From Candidatus Latescibacterota bacterium (GTDB lineage: Bacteria; Latescibacterota; UBA2968; UBA8231): a DNA stretch of 64,000 nucleotides. Both the position numbers and the translations under genes were made by a program. Positions within the stretch are counted from its first letter, which is position 1, and every line of letters starts with the position of its first letter. The DNA is taken from positions 1,344,001-1,408,000 of the forward strand of contig CBDCDC010000002.1 of assembly GCA_965215195.1 (NCBI GenBank). Direction: 5' to 3'. The notes beneath the pieces were generated by a model. That model had not been told where the DNA came from. It saw only the letters and a program-made list of their open reading frames with translations, and made no database searches. This document shows, one piece after another, positions 58,444-64,000 of the stretch.

Positions 58444-58917
58444 CTAGTTCGCAGAAGGAATATCGCGCTCGGCCGCTTCGATGGTGGCGATGATTTCCTC
58501 GGCTGAATTCGCTTCGATGAGCTTCTTTTTGAACGCGTCGTTTTTGAGCAAGCGCGAAATCCGCGCCAGGGCCTTGATGTGGGGCCCGGAAACATTGGCC
58601 GGGGAGACCAGCAGGAAGAACACAAAAGCTGGCTCGCCGTCGAGGGCATCGAAATCAACCCCCCGCCGCTGGGTGCCCATAGCTGCGACCAGCTCGGTTG
58701 CCGCGGCCGATTTGCCGTGGGGGATGGCGATGCCGTCGCCGATGCCCGTGCTCATGATTTTTTCGCGGTCAAGTACGGCTTGCAATACTTGGTCGCGGTC
58801 GGTGATGGCGTCGCCCACCGGAAGCGAGTTGACCAGTTCGGCGATGATGTCCTCTTTGGATTCTCCTTTGAGGTCAACTATGGTGGATTCGGGCGACAGG
58901 ATGTCTAACAGGTTCAT
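58444..58917 (-). CDS. PTS IIA domain protein (PtsN/fructose type)
   Basis: DREKIMSTGIGDGIAIPHG, FDALDGEP, HIKALARISRLL. Confidence 0.92.
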   Translation of the reverse strand: MNLLDILSPESTIVDLKGESKEDIIAELVNSLPVGDAITDRDQVLQAVLDREKIMSTGIGDGIAIPHGKSAAATELVAAMGTQRRGVDFDALDGEPAFVFFLLVSPANVSGPHIKALARISRLLKNDAFKKKLIEANSAEEIIATIEAAERDIPSAN

Positions 58918-59019
58918 GCGCGTTATCTCCGGGTGATTTGCTGAAAAGTAAGCCATGCCCGCGACATTCGTCAACCTGATCAGTAATTAGTCCGACCCCG
59001 CCGGGGGACTGACCACTGG

Positions 59020-59523
59020 TCACGGAGCACGAATCAGGGCTTTTACCAGCCGCGGCACCACGAAGTAGAGCAAGCGCCCGCGGCCGATTTCTTCCCAAGA
59101 ATGGAGGCCCAATTCGACCGCGGCTAGGCCCGCAGTCGGCAGGTGAAGATGTGCGCCCGTTAGCTGGCGAATCCACGCTTCCAGCCCTGGGTTATGGGCA
59201 ATGACGAGGCCAGTCTGGGCGCTGTCTGGCAAGCCGGCCGCCGCTTGGGCCAAGATGGGGGGAGATGCGTGGTAGAGCGCGTCGTCCAAGTGCAAGACGC
59301 TCGCCGGCAGGCCGAGGGATGCGGCTAGGCCGGTGGCTGTCTGGTGCGCTCGGCGCGCGGCCGAGGCCAGCACGACTTCGGGGCGCGGGCCATGCGCGGC
59401 AAGCAGGCGGGCGATGCGCGGCAAATCCGCGCGGCCGCGCTTGTTGAGCGGACGGTCGAAATCGTCGCTTATCCCGGGGGGATAAGCCGACTTGGCGTGG
59501 CGCATGATTAGCAAGGTTTTCAT
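59020..59523 (-). CDS. sixA: SixA-like phosphohistidine phosphatase
   Basis: LLIMRHAKS, DFDRPLNKRG, S.ARRA.QT, AHNPG, PTAG. Confidence 0.85.
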   Translation of the reverse strand: MKTLLIMRHAKSAYPPGISDDFDRPLNKRGRADLPRIARLLAAHGPRPEVVLASAARRAHQTATGLAASLGLPASVLHLDDALYHASPPILAQAAAGLPDSAQTGLVIAHNPGLEAWIRQLTGAHLHLPTAGLAAVELGLHSWEEIGRGRLLYFVVPRLVKALIRAP

Positions 59524-59640
59524 GGGAATTGCGAATTGAGAACCTCTTGGTTGCGTGGGCATTTACTAGAGGGTATTTTTGTTAGCGGCAAGATAGCGCG
59601 CGTCGGCGCTCGATACAACCGCGACTCGGGATTTATACCT

Positions 59641-60711
59641 ATGGCTCCGCAACCCGTAGAGCTCAATCTGACCATTCGCCCCCAGCGGCGCTTTGCAATC
59701 ATCGACATTGCCGAGCTGATCCGCAAACAAGTCGGCGACGAGCTGCGCCCCTTTCGCAAAGCCGCGTACTGTTCGTTTCACACTACGGCCGGCTATATAG
59801 AGCAGGGCATGTGTAGGCGTTTGGGGCACAGCCGCAAGCAGATCGACCCATTCATCCGCGCCATCAAAAAGATCTTTCCCCACAACGCCGGCTATTTCCA
59901 CGACCGCATGCAGCTGCGCGACGAACTGAGCGAGGGCGAAAAGGAAAAGGAGCCGGTCAACGCCGACTCGCACCTGACCTTTATCGCCGCGGGCCTCAAA
60001 AACTGCGTGACCTATATCCACCGCCCCGAGGAGCCAGTGTACTTCATCGAGCTAGACGGCATGTACAAGCACTACGTGCGCAGCCGGCGCACCGCAGTCA
60101 TGGCCTACAACCGCGCCGAAATCGTGCATCGCGGTCGGGTGGAGATTCCAGTGGCCGGCAGCCATGCGATCGACTCCTTCAACCTCAAGGATCCGCGCTA
60201 CGGCCTCTTTGAAACGCTCGCCGATCGGCTGCGGCAATGCGGCATAGACAAAGGCTGCATTGACATCCGCCTCGCCCCGGAGGAAAAGCACGTCGGCATG
60301 ACCGTCAACGAGTACGAGACCCTGTTGATGCGCAATGACTTGCCCCAGGCCCTCAGCGATCCACTGCGCTACGTGTTCCAGCACGGCAAGCGGCTCCTGC
60401 GGCACCCGGCCTCCATCCCCGGCAAGATGCACGCCTACGCGGCCTACGATTCCCTCCGCTTCTACAACGAATTGCTCGACCAAGTTCCGGTGGGGCGGTC
60501 GGTCATCGACCGCATCTTTTCGGTGCTGTCAACGCCGGCCCAGCGCATTTTGCGCCTGAAGCGCCACATCCGGCTGCTGGTCTCAGACCGCGCGGGCGCC
60601 GGGGCGGATCGCATCCTGCAGGGCACGTACCAAAGCCCGATTCTGGTGCAGCACCAACCGGCTGCGGGCGAGGTGCGCACGCTCGACGTCACCCTGCGCC
60701 GCTTCGTCTGA
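59641..60711 (+). CDS. hypothetical protein with two YjbQ/UPF0047-like domains
   Basis: HTTAG, NADSHL, FIELDG...R.R in first half; VGMTVNE and LQGTYQ.PI in second half. Confidence 0.55.
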   Translation: MAPQPVELNLTIRPQRRFAIIDIAELIRKQVGDELRPFRKAAYCSFHTTAGYIEQGMCRRLGHSRKQIDPFIRAIKKIFPHNAGYFHDRMQLRDELSEGEKEKEPVNADSHLTFIAAGLKNCVTYIHRPEEPVYFIELDGMYKHYVRSRRTAVMAYNRAEIVHRGRVEIPVAGSHAIDSFNLKDPRYGLFETLADRLRQCGIDKGCIDIRLAPEEKHVGMTVNEYETLLMRNDLPQALSDPLRYVFQHGKRLLRHPASIPGKMHAYAAYDSLRFYNELLDQVPVGRSVIDRIFSVLSTPAQRILRLKRHIRLLVSDRAGAGADRILQGTYQSPILVQHQPAAGEVRTLDVTLRRFV

Positions 60712-60713
60712 GT

Positions 60714-62054
60714 ATGCAGGTCGATCCTTCCATCTTCAAAGCCTACGACATCCGCGGCATCTATCCCGATCCCTTGAGCGAAGAAGTGGCCTACGCCATT
60801 GGCCGCGCCTTGGTGGCGCTGCTCAAGTGCGAGGAGGTCGTCGTGGGGCGCGACATGCGCCTTTCGAGTCCGGCCGTAAAAGAGCACCTCGTGCGCGGCC
60901 TCGTCGCGCAAGGCGCGGACGTCATCGACATCGGCATGGTCAGCACCGACCAGTACTACTATGCCTGCGCCACCTTGGACCGCCCGGGCGCCATGGTGAC
61001 GGCTTCGCACAACCCGCCCGAATACTGCGGCTTCAAGATGGTGCGCCAAATGCCCTATCTGCTCAGCGGCGAATCCGGGATCCAAGACCTGCGCCGCCTC
61101 GTGGCAGAAGAAAGCTGGGGCGCGGGCCGCAGGCCGGGCGCGGTTCGGGCCGAGGACGTGACGCAGGGGTTTATCGACAAAGTGTTAAGCCTCGTGGATC
61201 CGGCCCGCATTGAGCCGCTCAAGGTGGTGGCCGACACGGGCAACGGCATGGTCGGGCCGATCCTGCAAGCCGTGTACGGGCGCTTGCCCATTGAGTTTAT
61301 CGGCATGTATCTAGAGCCGGATGGCCGCTTGCCCAACCACGGTCTCGACCCCATGCAGCCGGAAAACCGCGCCGACTTAGCGCGCCGCGTCCTAGCCGAA
61401 GGCGCGGACGTTGGCTTTGCCTTTGACGGCGACGGCGACCGCTTCTTCATCATTGACGACCGAGGCCGCTTCGTGCCCGGCGACTTTGCGACCGCACTGA
61501 TGGCCTGCTACATGCTAGAGCGCCATCCCGGCGCCAAGATCGTGTACGACGTGCGCTGCTCGTGGGCCGTGCCCGACCTCGTAAAAGCGGCCGGCGGCAC
61601 TCCCCTGATCGAGCGCGTGGGGCATTCGTTCCTCAAGCCGAGGATGTTTGAGGAAGGAGCCGTTTTCGCCGGCGAGCTGAGCGGTCATTACTACTTCCGC
61701 GACTTCTTTGGCGCGGATTCCGGCATCGCCCCGTCGCTGGTGATGCTGGAGCTGCTGTCGCAGCGCGGGGTCGCACTCTCCGAGCTGCTCACCCCGCTGG
61801 AGCGCCAGTACTTCCCATCCTCTGAGATCAATTCCGAGGTCGCGGATCCCGCCGCCAAAATCGCGGCCCTAGCCGACCGCTACCAAGACGGCCGCATCCT
61901 GCGCCTCGACGGGATTTCGGTAAGCTACGACGACTGGCACTTCAACGTGCGGCCCTCCAATACCGAGCCCCTGTTGCGACTCAACCTAGAGGCCCTCTCG
62001 GCCGAGCGCATGGCCGAGAAGCGGGACGAGGTGCTGGCTTTTATTCGCTCGTGA
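60714..62054 (+). CDS. phosphomannomutase/phosphoglucomutase
   Basis: FKAYDIRG, TASHNP, FDGDGDR, GELSGHYYF, RPSNTEP. Confidence 0.95.
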   Translation: MQVDPSIFKAYDIRGIYPDPLSEEVAYAIGRALVALLKCEEVVVGRDMRLSSPAVKEHLVRGLVAQGADVIDIGMVSTDQYYYACATLDRPGAMVTASHNPPEYCGFKMVRQMPYLLSGESGIQDLRRLVAEESWGAGRRPGAVRAEDVTQGFIDKVLSLVDPARIEPLKVVADTGNGMVGPILQAVYGRLPIEFIGMYLEPDGRLPNHGLDPMQPENRADLARRVLAEGADVGFAFDGDGDRFFIIDDRGRFVPGDFATALMACYMLERHPGAKIVYDVRCSWAVPDLVKAAGGTPLIERVGHSFLKPRMFEEGAVFAGELSGHYYFRDFFGADSGIAPSLVMLELLSQRGVALSELLTPLERQYFPSSEINSEVADPAAKIAALADRYQDGRILRLDGISVSYDDWHFNVRPSNTEPLLRLNLEALSAERMAEKRDEVLAFIRS

Positions 62055-62060
62055 TGTGAC

Positions 62061-63500
62061 ATGACGCAATTGGTCCAACGGCATGCGCATTTGACCCAAA
62101 TAGGGTCCAAGGGATTTGCTGTTTTCCTGCTGGTCCAAGTAGCGATTTTGGTTTGTGTTCTCTTTTTGCCACCCGAACAGGTATTGTGGGGCTTGGGGGG
62201 AGTGGCGCTTGTCGTCGCGTTATTCTTCCTGACCCTATATCCTTGGCTCGCGATCCCGGCAATCATTGCCACCACGGCCTTGGATTCGGCCGGGCGCGTC
62301 ATCCAAACAACCGCCCTCGGGGAGCCGGTCACCGGCTTTCACCTGTCGTTTGCCCTGCTCTGCGTGGGGTTAGCCAGTCACATTTTCCTGCAAAAGCGCC
62401 GTACTTTCCCACCGCTCGAAATCCAAGCACCCCTAGTGCTGTTTTTAGGCTGTATGGCGGTCTCCCTCACCTATTCGCCCAACCAACCAGAAGCCACGAT
62501 CAGTTTCTTCCGCATCGTCTTTCTATCCTTGTTTCTCTACCTGACCCAAGTTCTCATCGACTCGCGCCGCGTGCTCAACCTGACAATCGCGTCGCTGGGA
62601 ATAGTCTTGGCGGGCGCGTCCATTCTGGCCGTGTTCCAGATCATCTCGGAACAATTCTACCTGCCGGCGAGCGTGGTTTCGAGTGTGGGCGCCAATATGC
62701 CGCGCGCTTCTGGGACCTATCACAACCCCAACATCTTCGGCACCTTCTTAGCCGTGAGTATCCTCTTCATGGCCGGGATTTTCCTCGTGCCCAAGCTGCG
62801 CTGGTGGAAGCGGCTCCTGTTGCTGGTGGCTATTGGGCTGGGGACCGCGGCATTGGTCATCACCTTCAGCCGCGGCAATTGGGTCGCGCTGTTCGTGGGC
62901 GTGGTCGTGCTGCTGTTTTTGGCAGGTAAACTGCGCTACCTCTTTTACGTCACAGTAGGGTTTTGCCTCGCCATTTTGCTAGTGAAAAACTACGTCCCTT
63001 TTGCCGCGTACATTTTCGAGCGGTTCTACTCTATCTTCTCGCTATTTGTGGAGTTTGGGGCCGACAGCCGGGCTTCGAGTACCGCACGGGTTTACTTCGC
63101 CATCGCCGGATTCAAAATGTTCTTGGAGCATCCTTTGCTCGGGGTCGGATGGCGTGCTTTTCCGGTCGTCTTTCAAGACTACCAGCCAGAAGGCTTTCCC
63201 CACTGGCTGCCGACGCGCGAGTCGCATACCCTGTTTGCAACCATTCTCGCGGAACTCGGGCTCGTGGGGCTGCTAGCCTCCATCTGGATCGTCTGGCGCG
63301 TCTTGGCCTTTTCCCTCCACCATATAAAGCGCATGCAGGACGAGTACTTGCGCAGTGTGATGATCGCGCTCGTCGCGATTTTCGTCACCTTCCAAGTCAG
63401 CCTCACCTTCACTGGCGAGTTTGCCAACAATTTCTTGTGGATGTTCACGGGAATCATGTTTGCCGTGCCGGCGCTGGAAGAGCGCGAGGATCCATCGTGA
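62061..63500 (+). CDS. O-antigen ligase/polymerase family membrane protein
   Basis: RASGTY.NPN, TFSRG, S..AR, HPLLGVG, H....LAELGLVG. Confidence 0.85.
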   Translation: MTQLVQRHAHLTQIGSKGFAVFLLVQVAILVCVLFLPPEQVLWGLGGVALVVALFFLTLYPWLAIPAIIATTALDSAGRVIQTTALGEPVTGFHLSFALLCVGLASHIFLQKRRTFPPLEIQAPLVLFLGCMAVSLTYSPNQPEATISFFRIVFLSLFLYLTQVLIDSRRVLNLTIASLGIVLAGASILAVFQIISEQFYLPASVVSSVGANMPRASGTYHNPNIFGTFLAVSILFMAGIFLVPKLRWWKRLLLLVAIGLGTAALVITFSRGNWVALFVGVVVLLFLAGKLRYLFYVTVGFCLAILLVKNYVPFAAYIFERFYSIFSLFVEFGADSRASSTARVYFAIAGFKMFLEHPLLGVGWRAFPVVFQDYQPEGFPHWLPTRESHTLFATILAELGLVGLLASIWIVWRVLAFSLHHIKRMQDEYLRSVMIALVAIFVTFQVSLTFTGEFANNFLWMFTGIMFAVPALEEREDPS

Positions 63501-64000
63501 AAGTTTTGCTGCTATCGCACCTCTACCCAACTTCATATCTACAATTCAGGGCCGCTTCGTCCACAACCAAGCGCGCTTCCTCAAAGAGCATTGTCAAGTA
63601 GAGGTAGTGGCACCCGTGCCTTGGTTTCCCCTGCCCGGGTTTGGGTTGTGGAGTGCCTACCGCCATGTCCCACGCCGCAAAGTAGTGGATGGAATCGAGG
63701 TGCGGCATCCCCGCCGCTTCGCCGTACCGCGGCGGATGTTCTTTGCCCGGCTATGGCGTTTTCACCTCAAGGCTTTGCTCAACGCTGTTGCGGGTACGCC
63801 GGACCTCATACACGCGCACTGCGCCTATCCCGACGGCCGGGCCGCTATTGAGTACGGCTCGCAAACCGGTCGGGCCGTAGTCATCACGGTCCACGGTTCC
63901 GACATCAAGATCCTGCCCAAGCTCAAGTCCCAATGGCGTCAACTGATCGTTGAGTCCCTAACGCGGGCCGCGGCCATCATCGCCGTCAGCCAAGAGTTGC
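63497..64000 (+). CDS. GT4 glycosyltransferase, 3'-truncated, with 1-nt frameshift at ~63526
   Basis: VKVLLLSHLYP then, with one C restored, NFISTIQGRFVHNQA...VVAPVPWFP...PDLIHAH.AYPDG...VITVHGSD...IIAVS. Confidence 0.8.

Noticed and set aside
1-64000. tRNA, rRNA, riboswitch or prophage
   Set aside because: None recognised by eye; a covariance-model scan would be needed to exclude small RNAs

Overview
A GC-rich bacterial chromosome segment. The FlgD/T9SS-like C-termini, Tat-signal aldo/keto reductase, sulfatase and ankyrin expansion suggest an FCB-related, possibly host-associated lineage such as Latescibacterota (inference only). Core genes: mltD-like/mreD/mrdA/rodA/TPR elongasome cluster, a sigma-54 activator, orphan parA, mazG, ppk2, envelope glycosyltransferases, an ABC exporter, two S8 peptidase paralogs, an aromatic amino-acid supercluster (trpL attenuator, fused trpE(G), trpG, trpD, trpC, trpS, chorismate mutase, tyrA, degenerate aroA, aroE, argS, aroK, aroB), rimO, batA-like, PTS IIA, sixA, a phosphohexomutase, an O-antigen ligase-family gene and a partial GT4. 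Small defence-like modules sit between core genes: Phd plus a deleted PIN toxin, RelBE, AlbA_2/HATPase, an IS982-like element, two Panacea antitoxins (one with a candidate new toxin), DarT plus a macrodomain-only DarG, and a dynamin-like GTPase pair whose second subunit carries a recently amplified ankyrin array. The best leads are (1) the dynamin/dynamin-ankyrin pair, (2) a cassette-like array between the S8 gene end and the trp promoter where each unit is preceded by a copy of the S8 3' end plus a -35 box, (3) the Panacea plus unknown-toxin pair, and (4) an AroA homolog lacking catalytic motifs. Three single-base homopolymer frameshifts may be sequencing errors. All calls come from motif reading, with no database searches.
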